Of a stretch of DNA of 64,000 nt, positions 39,382 to 50,051 are shown piece by piece. How positions within the stretch are numbered: position 1 is the first letter of the stretch; every line of letters starts with the position of its first letter. The translations under genes and the position numbers were made by a program. Origin of the DNA: Candidatus Bathyarchaeia archaeon. Lineage in GTDB: Archaea > Thermoproteota > CALKCG01 > B24. The notes beneath the pieces are model-generated. The model had not been told where the DNA came from, ran no database searches, and saw nothing but the letters and a program-made list of their open reading frames with translations. The stretch is from the NCBI GenBank assembly GCA_038870975.1, contig JAVZJD010000002.1:672001-736000 (forward strand), in the 5' to 3' direction.

Positions 39382-40395
39382 TTAGAAGCGTAGACCGTTT
39401 AGAATAGCCAACATTAGAGAGGATGCTGTGAGGTCTGCTGTCGTACCTGGATTTAGCTTTTTCATCTTCAATTCTACGTCGAATTTAAAGAGTTCTCTCC
39501 GTCCCTCTGGGGTCTTGAGCCCGCCGAGTTGAAGTATCTTACCAGCTTTCTCTGATATCTCTTCAGCGGTTTTCATGCCTATCTTCACGGCTTCAGCTAC
39601 GTTTGACGTATATTTCAATCCAACTTTTCTAGCTATAAAACTATCTGGGTATAGAGATAGCAGTTTTAAATAGGTGTGAACCGTTGCAACATTTATATCT
39701 TTAGACTCTGAGTATAGCGTTTGAAGAATTGGAAAGCCCACGGTACAAGTTATAGGTAGAGAACTGACAAGCTCTCTAGCTATAGTATCCCATTCAGCTG
39801 CAACCTCCATAACATCGTACAGCGTTAAATTCCCCTCTAGAAGAAGTCTTTCCGCCTCGCTATTCTGTAAATCCGGTGCTTTTCCGCCTAAGACCTGACC
39901 CATCCCCCCTGGACCTGCTTGAGAGATTGCATCATACACTTCAGTAGCGTCTTCGCATGTTGTAGACTCCATAATTCTGGCGAAGTTTTCACGGAAGTCG
40001 GGGATGTTGATGTTACTACTCGCTGCAAGCGTCATCCCGACTGCGGCGGCCATAGGTATGAATAGGAGTATGACGCCTAAATGTGTGTTTCCACCCCTGT
40101 GCCAAGCCTTTACGTTTAGCACTGCTCGTTTAATCAAACTTCCAATCTTCACTTCAGATGTTTCACCGAGCTTTAGAGAGACTGCTTTAAACGCAGTCTC
40201 CCATAATACTGGGCCGAGGGATATTGAACCAGCTATAAAGTGTTCAAACCTAGTATCTGGAAAATCTGAAGTTCTATGGACGTTTCCAGGCTTAGGCCAG
40301 CCGCAGACTTCAAGTGTAGCCGCCAACTGTCCCGCCACCATAATCTGGTCGGCTATTTCAATTTTACGCTTCCAAGTTGTAGACATAGCGGTCAA
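39382..40395 (-). CDS. citG: Triphosphoribosyl-dephospho-CoA synthase (CitG family)
   Basis: LEVCGWPKPGNVHR, NTHLG, LNPGTTADL. Confidence 0.9.
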   Translation of the reverse strand: MTAMSTTWKRKIEIADQIMVAGQLAATLEVCGWPKPGNVHRTSDFPDTRFEHFIAGSISLGPVLWETAFKAVSLKLGETSEVKIGSLIKRAVLNVKAWHRGGNTHLGVILLFIPMAAAVGMTLAASSNINIPDFRENFARIMESTTCEDATEVYDAISQAGPGGMGQVLGGKAPDLQNSEAERLLLEGNLTLYDVMEVAAEWDTIARELVSSLPITCTVGFPILQTLYSESKDINVATVHTYLKLLSLYPDSFIARKVGLKYTSNVAEAVKIGMKTAEEISEKAGKILQLGGLKTPEGRRELFKFDVELKMKKLNPGTTADLTASSLMLAILNGLRF

Positions 40396-40533
40396 TCCTC
40401 AAACTTCTATTCCAGCGTCGTGAAACCTAATACGTTCGACTCGAAATTAAAGAATTACTTTAAAGTCAAGCATCTAGAGATGTGTCTGCACAAACCTGAA
40501 ATACTTATCTATCCACATGATACTTCAATACAG

Positions 40534-41064
40534 GTGGTTGATGTGGATTTTTACGAAGTGGTTAGAACACGTAGAAGTATTAGGTCTTATAAACCCGACC
40601 CAATACCAGACGATGTCTTAATGAGAATCTTAGAGGCTGCTAGAATAGCCCCCTCGGGTTCAAACCGCCAACCTTGGAAGTTCATACTCGTTAAAAACGA
40701 AGAGTTGAAGAAGAAGTTGGCAGTTGCATGCCACGACCAGACGTTCATCGCGGAAGCGCCTATCATCATAGTAGCCTGTGGATACAACATACATTGGAAT
40801 AGAGGAGAGTACATGGGAGATTTAAGCATGTTAGTCGACGTATCCATAGCATTCACACACTTGATTCTAGCAGCCAGAGCAGAGGGTTTAGGGACATGTT
40901 GGATAGGCTCCTTCAGCAACGACAAAGTTAAGAAGCTTCTCGGAATACCTGAGGACGTCAACGTTGTCGCAATAACACCACTCGGATATCCTAAAGATCA
41001 AGGTTTTGAAGAACCTGGGCCGAGGAAGCCTCTATCGGAGATCATATCTATAGATAGATTCTGA
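40534..41064 (+). CDS. Nitroreductase family protein
   Basis: RRSIRSY, APSGSNRQPW, GLGTCWIG. Confidence 0.93.
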   Translation: MVDVDFYEVVRTRRSIRSYKPDPIPDDVLMRILEAARIAPSGSNRQPWKFILVKNEELKKKLAVACHDQTFIAEAPIIIVACGYNIHWNRGEYMGDLSMLVDVSIAFTHLILAARAEGLGTCWIGSFSNDKVKKLLGIPEDVNVVAITPLGYPKDQGFEEPGPRKPLSEIISIDRF

Positions 41065-41161
41065 AAACGTAGACCTATACCTAGTCTTTAGATGGGGAGA
41101 AGCCCCTCAAATAGAGTAATGCTTTTAAAAACGGAGGAAGTATTTAGGTAGTGGACTGCAA

Positions 41162-41235
41162 GGGCCGGTCGTCTAGTCTGGTAGGATACCACCCTTACGA
41201 GGTGGTGGTCGTCGGTTCAAGTCCGACCCGGCCCA
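41162..41235 (+). tRNA. tRNA-Val(TAC), no intron
   Basis: Acceptor GGGCCGG/CCGGCCC, anticodon arm CCACC-CTTACGA-GGTGG, T-arm GTCGGTTCAAGTCCGAC. Confidence 0.95.
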
Positions 41236-41259
41236 CTATACCATTGGGTTCAATAAAAC

Positions 41260-42030
41260 TTATAAGCCACTCGAGGGTTGGTGGTCTACTGCCTTACAAG
41301 AGCTTGGATACTTCTCCATTCTTATCATCTTTCCGTTGTCGGATAGTTAACTTTTTGTAACTATCCGTTCCACCTTTGCTAAAGCTTCATAGGTGGCTTT
41401 CGGGGTCAACGGAAAATCCCCCACATCCTGGGTCCGCATCATCCTGAATCTGCGCTCCGATCCCACCCCAATGGCGGAGCCAAACCCATCAGCTACCCGT
41501 AGGGAAACACCGTGAAACATCTATAAAAGTTAATTATTCAGAAACTGCTGTTAAACCCTCTGGCTGAATGAGCCGTGCCATCCAGCAAAGCTCTATAGGC
41601 TTATATTCGCAAGTCAAAGCAACTTCTTCAGCTTTCCTTATAAATTTCATATCATCTTAACAGGCTTTAATCCTGCTTTAACTAAAATCTCATTTATCAC
41701 ACTTTTAACCATCTTATCAGGCATTACAGTATCTATACCACCCATCATTCTCAAGTATTGGAAAGTGATTAAGCCTACGCCTTTGAGTTTACCGATTGGA
41801 TCTTCCCTCCAATTTTCAAGTTTGGCATTTCTCGCCCAAGTCCTCAACGCCAACTTATCATCTTGGCTTAGGGTTGATAGATAAGATGCTATGTTCTTAG
41901 CAATAATCCATGATCTCTTATTTCTCCACACTTTTCTCGACTCATCAATATCTACTTCGGTAAGGTCTTTAAGGCTCTTGATTTTCTCATTCTCAATAAA
42001 CTTCTTATTGAATTCTTCAACTATGCTCAT
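41260..42030 (-). pseudogene. Helix-hairpin-helix protein remnant, frameshifted and interrupted by the MITE
   Basis: LKGVGLITFQYLRM...MPD HhH-like motif; frameshift near 41650; 3' limit approximate. Confidence 0.55.
41333..41557 (-). mobile_element. Non-autonomous IS607-derived element (MITE-like, 225 bp)
   Basis: Both ends match the IS at 8733-10577; GG at both ends; removal rejoins an open frame (IQPEG|KMIRMEKY). Confidence 0.85.
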
Positions 42031-42141
42031 GAATGAAAGAGGCTAAGATTAAACTATTGATTTGATGGATGCAAAACATTGCCGTAAATTCCATTGTTAA
42101 AATTTAAAATTCTCAAAATAAAACTTAGAATTAGTTTTAAA

Positions 42142-42400
42142 GTGTCTGATGCTCAATCCGCTCGGGTCATCAATTACTATAGGAAAGTTGCTGAAGACTA
42201 TGATAAAGAGTATGATGCCCCCTATTTTAAAATGCTCTATGATAAAATCACCCGGCGTTACATCGAACTTTATCTACTGAGGGGGGCTCGTTTTAGACGC
42301 GGAAGGAGGAACGAGTAAGTGGTCCATACCCATAGCTGAGAGGACTTAAAGTGATCCTTTATGATATTTCACCCGATATGCTTAAGGTAGCTCAGGATTT
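42142..42400 (+). pseudogene. Class I SAM-dependent methyltransferase remnant
   Basis: YYRKVAEDYD, then frame-broken VLDA.GGT.KWS and YDISPDMLKVA. Confidence 0.6.
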
Positions 42401-42514
42401 TCGTGAAAGTCTCTCTTTTTACTATACACGTTTAGTAGATTATCCGATAGTTTTCTGTATCGATTTTCTTAATTTTTAGCTCTTTCCTGATTCTGACGCC
42501 ATAGTTTTTTAATC

Positions 42515-43123
42515 TCACATGGTTAATTTTTCTATTTTATCATAGATAGGTTTCCTGAAAAGTTTTTCACGATTCCAATAGCCTTCTAGCATTATTATCT
42601 TATTATGCTTTCGTCTTAATCCGCAGACAGCTCTCGGTAGAGTACCTAAGTAAATGGCCCATATTTCAGTATTTTCGGGAACAGCGTCTCTAATTTCAAA
42701 TTTTATATTTTCACCACCATTCTTTTGATATAGAGAATCTACAAAATTGCGGAAATCCTCTACGTACACCAAAAATATTATTCTTCCTTGGTAAACTCTT
42801 CTAATCTTATTTGCTTTATCGCTAAAACTTGAAAGTTGAGGAGACTGCTCGCATTCTAACCAGACTTCCACCTCTTTTCTTTTAACCGTTTTCTTAGCAT
42901 AAATATCAGCTCTACAAGTGGTTCTACCACGCTTAAACTGCTTCTCAATTTCTATATCTTTGCTTTCAAAACCATGACGAAGCATTTCCACAACACCAGC
43001 CACCTTAAGAAACCAATGCCCTATCGTTTCACTCTTGCTTCGTTGTACAACAACATTATCTTTCCCTTTCTTCACCACCAACGTACCTTGGATCTCAATA
43101 CCTTTACACCCCATCATCCTCAA
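42515..43123 (-). CDS. Hypothetical protein, PD-(D/E)xK nuclease-like
   Basis: IEIEK...RADIYA...WLECE pattern. Confidence 0.45.
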   Translation of the reverse strand: MRMMGCKGIEIQGTLVVKKGKDNVVVQRSKSETIGHWFLKVAGVVEMLRHGFESKDIEIEKQFKRGRTTCRADIYAKKTVKRKEVEVWLECEQSPQLSSFSDKANKIRRVYQGRIIFLVYVEDFRNFVDSLYQKNGGENIKFEIRDAVPENTEIWAIYLGTLPRAVCGLRRKHNKIIMLEGYWNREKLFRKPIYDKIEKLTM

Positions 43124-43739
43124 TTTTTAGTGTCTACATCATATATATTTTACACGGAATGCTAGGCTTTTGTGCTCAGATTCAGATATAAATGCCTCAG
43201 AGAACTGTTTTAGGAGATTGTCAAGAGGTATAAGTCCAAATTATTAAAACCTTTCTATTCCGTTAGTTAAGCCATAATAATTTCATCATGTGAAAAATTA
43301 ACCTGGTTGCATACAAAAACTAGGAATAAACTGTAGAGAGCTAATTCTCTTCACTGTTACAAATTTAAAGTCCCTCTTAATAATACCTTATCGTTTACCC
43401 ACCTTCAAGCCTCTCTTAAATAGAAGTAGAAGACTGCCAAGCATGAAACTTGGGTGTGTCCAGGAACATTAATTATCTTCCCATTCTGTGCAAGTAGCTG
43501 ATAGAGGAAACTAGTCATAATGAAGAGGGAAGAACGCTAAAACACTGATAAGAATGTGTGTTTTAGCGGTGTAAGAAGGTGGGTAAACGATAAGGGAAGA
43601 AGAGCATATCTCTTGACAGCTTTCGCAATGCTCCTTTAAGCCTGAAACCTTTTGCATGTAGCTGTCAATAATTTTCTTGAGCAAAGACATTTGACCGTCT
43701 CTTTTGGGATGAAGTAAGAGTTTATGAAGGAAAAACAAA

Positions 43740-44096
43740 TTATGAAGCTTCTATCGGCTTCTTCATCTTCTCTGCTTCTTGTTCTGCTATTTGTAGAGAA
43801 AGCTGTGTTTCATATTCTCTGAGCATCTTTACCAACGGATTCTCTGGGTTGATCTTGTAAAGCGTAGCTTTAGCTATTCTTCTGGATGGTATCACAATTC
43901 CGTATCGCTCTATGTCAACAAAGTATTTGTAAAAGGTTTGCTTGCTCATTCCCAAAGCCTCTATCACTTCCTTCTTGGTGAAGTCGAAGAGCGGGTTATC
44001 TAGGAAAAAGTCTATTATCCTCAGCTTTGGAGAATCCCCAAGCGTCTTCAGTAAGAGCGACTGGTATTCTTTCTTCGTATACAGTTCTTCCGGCAT
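43740..44096 (-). CDS. Winged helix-turn-helix protein
   Basis: LGDSPKLRIIDFFL...FTKKEVIEALGMSKQT...ATLYKIN. Confidence 0.8.
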   Translation of the reverse strand: MPEELYTKKEYQSLLLKTLGDSPKLRIIDFFLDNPLFDFTKKEVIEALGMSKQTFYKYFVDIERYGIVIPSRRIAKATLYKINPENPLVKMLREYETQLSLQIAEQEAEKMKKPIEAS

Positions 44097-44165
44097 ATTT
44101 ATCTAAAGTTTAATAGATGAACGAGTGTATATGCTTTAACTTCTAAAGGTATTGTAAGTGAACTT

Positions 44166-44443
44166 ATGCCTAAGAGGGGGATAAGCGATGCTGAAATCAA
44201 AGCTGACATAATGAATAGACTTCTTAGAAAACATTGTTGGGGTGATAAATATCTTCCTGTGATGCACTCGTCAACTGGCTTAGTAAGCAAATAAGAAATG
44301 ATGGTAAAAGGGTCAGGAATTGCATAGAAGAGTTGGTTAGAGAAGGGTACATCTTGTTGCATAAAAAAGGTCAAACTGTTTCTTTAAATCCAGCAAGAGG
44401 TAGAGATATTGTAGAGTATATCAAATCAATTCTAAAGTCATAG
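44166..44443 (+). pseudogene. Small hypothetical gene with a 1-nt frameshift
   Basis: MPKRGISDAEIKADIMNRLLRKHCWGDKYLP then, in another frame, DALVNWLSKQ...LVREGYILLHKKGQTVSLNP. Confidence 0.55.
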
Positions 44444-45035
44444 GAAACTCATCCATCTTACTTTGATACCAGATTTCGTAGTTTTATGCCCAACAAAAAA
44501 GGCTCAGGATACCATAAGGAGAAAAAATAGAGCTAGTTGCTCTCGGTAATCTTATTATTAACTTTGAACTCGGATACAAAGTTACTTTCTTAAGCTTTCA
44601 AATTTATTTCTTTTCACTCATCTTGTCTTCTAGTAGCCTCTTCAGGATTTTCTAGCCCCTCTTTCTTTAAGGAATTAATGGCGTCTCGTGTAGGAATAAT
44701 TCCTCCGAAGAGCTTGCTCAAGCTTCTTAAAATGCTTAAACATGCATCTTGCTGGAATACGTAATCCTCTTCCTCCTCATGCTTGTAAGAGCTTTCCTTA
44801 GCCTCCTCAGATATTGTGCAATCGTGCATTTTGGGTAAGGGGTTGTAGATGCTGCCTTTAACTTCCTCATAGCTTAAAATTCCTATTGGATTTTACGATA
44901 TGCATTACTTCTGGTATAAAATTCTCGCATATCTCTCTTAATGCTTCAGGTTCAAATTTTAAGAGTTCCATTTTGAACTACTTAATCTAATAAAATGAAA
45001 AGTATTTAAAATTTTAAATATTCTTTTATGTTAGT

Positions 45036-47102
45036 ATGGTATGCTCAAGGGTTAAAAAGGCTTTCATCGAAGTCTCTAGGGAATTGTGGGAATCTGGAAA
45101 TTATAGGGAAGATGATGCTTTAAATATAGCTGCCTTCAAGCTAACGACTGGTGAGAGAAAAACTGAAGAAGAGATAGAGAGAATTTTTGAAGATCCAGCT
45201 GATTCTAATGATGAGTTGTACGAAGAGTATTGTGAGAATTTTGAGCTCGTGGTTAAAGTAAAAGATGAGCTTAAACTGATGGGGAGTTTGCCTTACTTTC
45301 ACCCTAGAGTAGAGCTTTCAAAAGATGACCATGGGGAGGGAAAATCAAGTAGAAGGAGGGAGTATGGTTTAGCTTTATTGGGCATATTGGCAGCGGCAAT
45401 TACCTTAGGAATTTATATCCCCATGGAAAAGAAGAATCAAAGAATTTCTCAGCTCAAGAGTCTTGGTCTAACAGAAGAGCAAGCTCATTCTTTTGATTCA
45501 ATTTTCAGCAGATATGCGGATGATAGCTTTTTCAATTCGAATTATAATCAAACAGCATTAGACTTTGCAAGATATTATGGTTTAAATCCTGTTCAAGCAC
45601 AAAAGGCTTTCGATGTATACAAAAGCTTTATGAAAGCAAATGAATTTCTTTCCTTTACAAATACCAATGGATATGATGGATTGAGATTTTTGCAAGAATG
45701 TCCTGAATTTGCTGAAGATTATCAAATAGTTTTGCCGATTTACTCTATTAACTCCACTTTTCCTAGAATAGTCTACAACTGCTTCTTGCTTGACCCTCAA
45801 ATAACCATGGATAGAAAAGCTTTAGCTTTAGATGCTTTAAAGTTCTATCTCAATTTAGGCTTAGTTAATAAGAAATTGCATCTACCTACGATTCATGGCT
45901 TGAACAATCTCACAATTGCAGAAAAACAGCTTGGACTTCCTGGATTTGATAGAGATACTTACTGGATTTTCACCAATTCTACTCAAAGACCAGAAGGCAA
46001 GTATCTGCTTGACTTTTCTCCAATAGTGTTTAAAAGTGTTAATTCAAGCGATGTTTATCTTATTCCTAAACCAGCTAGAGAAACTTGGATTACCGTTGAA
46101 CTTCTTAAAATGATAAAGGAGAGTGGATTTGACATAGAAAATCATCCTGAGATGTTTTTGGGATTGAATGGAAAGATTATAACAAATGCTTGGTGTATCT
46201 TCGACAATCCTTATGGGATAAGTTATTATGAAAAGATGTTAAATAACCGAACTATTTCTTTGACTGATCAAGATGTTTTAGATTTGATGATGCTTCAATG
46301 GAATTTGTATTCTCAATTTGCGCCTCAACTTAATGGAAGTCATTTTCTTTATAATAGAGATTTTCCATGGTATAACTCAACTGAACTAATTGCTTTGTAT
46401 CCTGATATAAATGAGTTGAGATGTGCGTTGTTCAAACTGTTTTATTTGCCTTCTGAAACTTTTAGTATAAAGGATGGAGTCAGAAAATATGGAATAGAAG
46501 GAGCAACTAAAAGCTTAACAGATGCTTTAGATGAATATAAAACTATAGCGGGATTGTATCCAAATGGAACTGTTATTGGCCATTATGACAAACAACCACA
46601 TGATGTTAGATTTTACTATGAAGACTGGCTTCTGGATAGATCACATAATGGCTTATCAAATACCGTTGCCCAGTATAGAACTTTTGATCAATTTTTAACT
46701 GAACATTGGAAATACTGGGATTTGGTTAAATTTATAGTTGGGTATGAGAGACAGAATAGAAAAACGGGAGGTGAATGGGAAGGAATACAGTTTGTCATAC
46801 CGGGGGTGCTGCGTATGTTTGGCTTTCCAAATAGCTTAGTTTTAATCAATCCGGAACCATTGGGAAGTGGGGGAAGAGAATGGTCAGTTTCACTCCCTCT
46901 CTACATTATAAAATCAATGCGTGAACAATTTCCAAATACAAACATTTTATTTGGTCCTGGTTATACTTTTGGTTTATATTCCTGTGGAGATGGTTTAATC
47001 AAAGAAAGAGGGATTGACGTTTATCATCAACCCATTACAGATGGTATAAAGGAAGTATACGATTTTATACTTTACGAACCAGTTTATCTTATGAAAAAAT
47101 AG
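45036..47102 (+). CDS. Hypothetical membrane-anchored, probably extracellular protein
   Basis: 688-aa ORF; one TM segment (LALLGILAAAITLGIYI); many N-x-S/T sequons; AT-rich. Confidence 0.7.
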   Translation: MVCSRVKKAFIEVSRELWESGNYREDDALNIAAFKLTTGERKTEEEIERIFEDPADSNDELYEEYCENFELVVKVKDELKLMGSLPYFHPRVELSKDDHGEGKSSRRREYGLALLGILAAAITLGIYIPMEKKNQRISQLKSLGLTEEQAHSFDSIFSRYADDSFFNSNYNQTALDFARYYGLNPVQAQKAFDVYKSFMKANEFLSFTNTNGYDGLRFLQECPEFAEDYQIVLPIYSINSTFPRIVYNCFLLDPQITMDRKALALDALKFYLNLGLVNKKLHLPTIHGLNNLTIAEKQLGLPGFDRDTYWIFTNSTQRPEGKYLLDFSPIVFKSVNSSDVYLIPKPARETWITVELLKMIKESGFDIENHPEMFLGLNGKIITNAWCIFDNPYGISYYEKMLNNRTISLTDQDVLDLMMLQWNLYSQFAPQLNGSHFLYNRDFPWYNSTELIALYPDINELRCALFKLFYLPSETFSIKDGVRKYGIEGATKSLTDALDEYKTIAGLYPNGTVIGHYDKQPHDVRFYYEDWLLDRSHNGLSNTVAQYRTFDQFLTEHWKYWDLVKFIVGYERQNRKTGGEWEGIQFVIPGVLRMFGFPNSLVLINPEPLGSGGREWSVSLPLYIIKSMREQFPNTNILFGPGYTFGLYSCGDGLIKERGIDVYHQPITDGIKEVYDFILYEPVYLMKK

Positions 47103-47132
47103 AAGAAATTCAGAATCAAATCAAACAAACTA

Positions 47133-47468
47133 TTACTGTGAGTTTTTTTTACTGGTTCCTACAGTTACCCATTCTGGGGGATCACAAAGATATTTTGGAT
47201 TATCAGAATAAATTCCTTTGCTTACGCAAGCACCACTGTAACCTATTTCTTTATCGCAGCAATAATTAGTATCACATTCACTATTAAAATTACAAGTGCC
47301 TTTGGGTTTACAAGTATAACTACTACCTGTTAAAGTACAACCAGAAGGACATTCACAAACCATTTTAGTATGAGTATTTGGATCGTAGCCAGTGCAATCT
47401 GCATCTTTTAAACATTCAAAATACTTACAGTTAGAATCACAATACCCACCATTTGTTCTATAAGCCAT
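47133..47468 (-). CDS. Cys-rich small protein or gene fragment
   Basis: Very Cys-rich 111-aa ORF (CDSNC, CECPSGC, YCCD); AT-rich. Confidence 0.5.
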   Translation of the reverse strand: MAYRTNGGYCDSNCKYFECLKDADCTGYDPNTHTKMVCECPSGCTLTGSSYTCKPKGTCNFNSECDTNYCCDKEIGYSGACVSKGIYSDNPKYLCDPPEWVTVGTSKKNSQ

Positions 47469-47598
47469 GGAGAGAGATTGGTAATAATGAGAAAGAGTTC
47501 TATTGAAAGAGAAAAATTGCCGTTATTCTTTTTGCCAAAAAGCTTTAAAAGGTGATATTTAAATATAAGTTTGCCAAATAATAAATAAAGGTGAACAT

Positions 47599-48309
47599 AT
47601 GGTAGACTACTTAAAACGCTTCAATGAAAGGTTAAGGGAAAAGTATGCTGGTTGCTTGGTTAAAGTTAAGGATATAGAAGAGATTGAGCCAAATGCCAAG
47701 GAGTACTTGAATAAATTAGCTAGAGCTGGATTGGTAGAGAGGGTTAGGTGGGGTTGGTATTGGGTCCCAGACGATATTAAAGACGCTTGGGACTTCTTTG
47801 AAAAGGATAAAGGGTTTAAGATAATTTCATGTCAAACAGCTGCCTCCTTATGGAACAATGACTTCATTCATAGAGATGCTTACTCGTTAAAAGTTTCAGA
47901 TAGGTCTTATGGAAAAGCATTGAAAGAGTTCGCAAGGAAGAAGGGATGGAGGGTTCAGGTAGAGTACTCAGCTAAGCCAACAAGCTACAAGAAAGTTGGT
48001 AAGTTGTTTGTCGAGGACATGGATGAAACAATAATTGAGTGTATGCAAAGGTGGGCTTTCATGGATGCTTTTGCAACATTATACTCAAATAGGGATAGAA
48101 TAAGGTTGGAAGATTTATTTAAACGAAGTTACTGGAAGAGAATTCGTGGAACAAAAATTAGAGTTAGACAAGCTTTGGAGTACGGGTGTCATTTAATCAA
48201 TAAGTTGGTCGGAGAAGGAATGTTTAATGTGAGAGAGCCTAATTTAAGAGACGAGTATGTTAAGCGTGAGATAGAAGAGGCTGTGGAGAAAGTGGTTGAG
48301 CTTGGCTAG
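47599..48309 (+). CDS. AbiEi-like (type IV TA) antitoxin
   Basis: LNKLARAGLVERVRWGWY wHTH, ISCQTAASLW; overlaps the downstream nucleotidyltransferase. Confidence 0.65.
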   Translation: MVDYLKRFNERLREKYAGCLVKVKDIEEIEPNAKEYLNKLARAGLVERVRWGWYWVPDDIKDAWDFFEKDKGFKIISCQTAASLWNNDFIHRDAYSLKVSDRSYGKALKEFARKKGWRVQVEYSAKPTSYKKVGKLFVEDMDETIIECMQRWAFMDAFATLYSNRDRIRLEDLFKRSYWKRIRGTKIRVRQALEYGCHLINKLVGEGMFNVREPNLRDEYVKREIEEAVEKVVELG

Positions 48310-49042
48310 ATATGTTGAAATGGTAAGAGCAAGGGAAGAAGAGATTGCTAAGTTAATGGAATTTTTATCTAAGAAATCGAACAACTTTGAAAATCCAAGG
48401 ATCATTTTAATAGGAGGATATGGGCTAAGGGCTTTCATCCCCTTTTCAAGGTCAACCAGGGATTGCGATCTTGCATTAAGGAAAGTAAATTGGTATTTAG
48501 ATGAGATAAGGAAATGGCTTGCTGAAGAGGTTTCAATCGAAACGTTTGAAAAGAAAGACAATTCTGGATACATGAGATGTGTTAAGCTTATAAAAATTGG
48601 GAGAAAGCAGATAAGAGTTTCTCTGGATTTTATGGAAGGAGAAATAACTGGAAGGGCTGAAAAAGATGTAGTGAGAATAGATGAAAAGTTTGTTTTAAAC
48701 TCATGGAGAACAAAAATTAAGATAGCTGACAGAGAAGTTGAAGTAAGGGTTCCAAGTTATGCAGATTACTTCATACTTAAAGTTGTTTCAGGTAGAGCAA
48801 GCGATGCTAGAGATATAGCAACTTTAGTATGGAAGAATGGGTTACCTGAAGGATTAGAAGAGAGAGTTAAAGAAGTGATGCCATATCCAGAAGTATTTAG
48901 AGAAAAACTCAGGAAGTCTATATTGCCGATAATTATGGATAAAAGATTTTTGCACTCGTGGAAAGGAACCTTCATGACAACAGAATTTAACGAAGAAATT
49001 AAAGGGCAGGTTATACAAAAGCTAGCTAAACTAAATCTTTGA
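48296..49042 (+). CDS. AbiEii-like nucleotidyltransferase (type IV TA toxin)
   Basis: LIGGYG...RSTRDCDL, LKVVSGRASDARD. Confidence 0.7.
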   Translation: MSLARYVEMVRAREEEIAKLMEFLSKKSNNFENPRIILIGGYGLRAFIPFSRSTRDCDLALRKVNWYLDEIRKWLAEEVSIETFEKKDNSGYMRCVKLIKIGRKQIRVSLDFMEGEITGRAEKDVVRIDEKFVLNSWRTKIKIADREVEVRVPSYADYFILKVVSGRASDARDIATLVWKNGLPEGLEERVKEVMPYPEVFREKLRKSILPIIMDKRFLHSWKGTFMTTEFNEEIKGQVIQKLAKLNL

Positions 49043-49241
49043 AAGTATCTTAAATATTTCTCCGTCCTCATAATTTTTCCCTCAGGCTGTATAAGCCATA
49101 GAGAAGAGGAGCTAAAATTAAAGGATAGAGTTAATCAATGCACATCTCTTCCGTAAATTTACTACAGCGTATTTAAATAAAGATATCTTTTACATGCATA
49201 AAGATTTATATTCGGTGAGAGAACAATTTAAGTGGATTCTC

Positions 49242-49478
49242 ATGGCTGAAATAGAAGCAGAGCGCTTGACCCAGAAAAGGGTTGAGGATTTAATAGCCAT
49301 AAGCTTATACCAGGCAAGGGCTAACAGGGTTAAGGAGTATGTAAGAGAGCTTTACAAGAGCTATGAACAATACTTAAAACCATTAGAGGATATCAGAAAG
49401 ATTTTAGCTAGCGAATTAACTGAAGAGAAGACGTTAAGCCAAGAAATTGTTGAGCTTAGGAAAAGGGAGACCCATTGA
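49242..49478 (+). CDS. Putative VapB-type antitoxin
   Basis: Small ORF abutting the PIN toxin; ends LSQEIVELR. Confidence 0.6.
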   Translation: MAEIEAERLTQKRVEDLIAISLYQARANRVKEYVRELYKSYEQYLKPLEDIRKILASELTEEKTLSQEIVELRKRETH

Positions 49479-49979
49479 ATGGTCACATTCTACTTAGACA
49501 CTTCAGCCATAGTTAAAAGATACCGTAAGGAAATCGGCTCTGAGGTTTTAGACAGGATATTTGAGCTTAAGGGGCACGTCTTCACCACCTCTTTCTTGAG
49601 CATACTTGAGTTTATAGTCGCTTTCTCGACTCGAATGAGAAGGAAAGCTTTGTCGAGGGAAGCCTTTAACGCCGTTGTTTCGCATTTCCTTAAGGATGTT
49701 CTCGACAGATTTGCCATAATGAGCGTGAATGATGAGCTTGTAGCTTCAGCAGCTCCATTAGCAGTTAAGCACGCTCTACCATCATCGGACTGCCTACAAC
49801 TAGCCAGCGTCGTAAGCTTGAAAAAAGCCTTAGAGCCTGCAAAGGAAAAACTCATCCTGGTATGCTCAGATAAAGACCTATGTAGAGCGGCTGAAGAGGA
49901 GGGAATAGAGCTCATAGACCCGGAAGAGAAAGATGCTCTGAAAAAATTGGATAGGATTATCTCTCAGACTTCATGTTAA
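49479..49979 (+). CDS. vapC: VapC/PIN domain toxin
   Basis: YLDTSAIVKRY, DCLQLAS, VCSDKDL..AA. Confidence 0.9.
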   Translation: MVTFYLDTSAIVKRYRKEIGSEVLDRIFELKGHVFTTSFLSILEFIVAFSTRMRRKALSREAFNAVVSHFLKDVLDRFAIMSVNDELVASAAPLAVKHALPSSDCLQLASVVSLKKALEPAKEKLILVCSDKDLCRAAEEEGIELIDPEEKDALKKLDRIISQTSC

Positions 49980-50051
49980 AGAGCCGTGAAACACATATAA
50001 GTCATCGCCAGTTTCTAGGATAAACGCTAACGCAGAAATCGCGCATCCTTC

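Noticed and set aside
44166-44443. Frameshifts in island genes (also 41650 and 42142-42400) as further introns
   Set aside because: They look like small deletions with no hairpin insert or BHB
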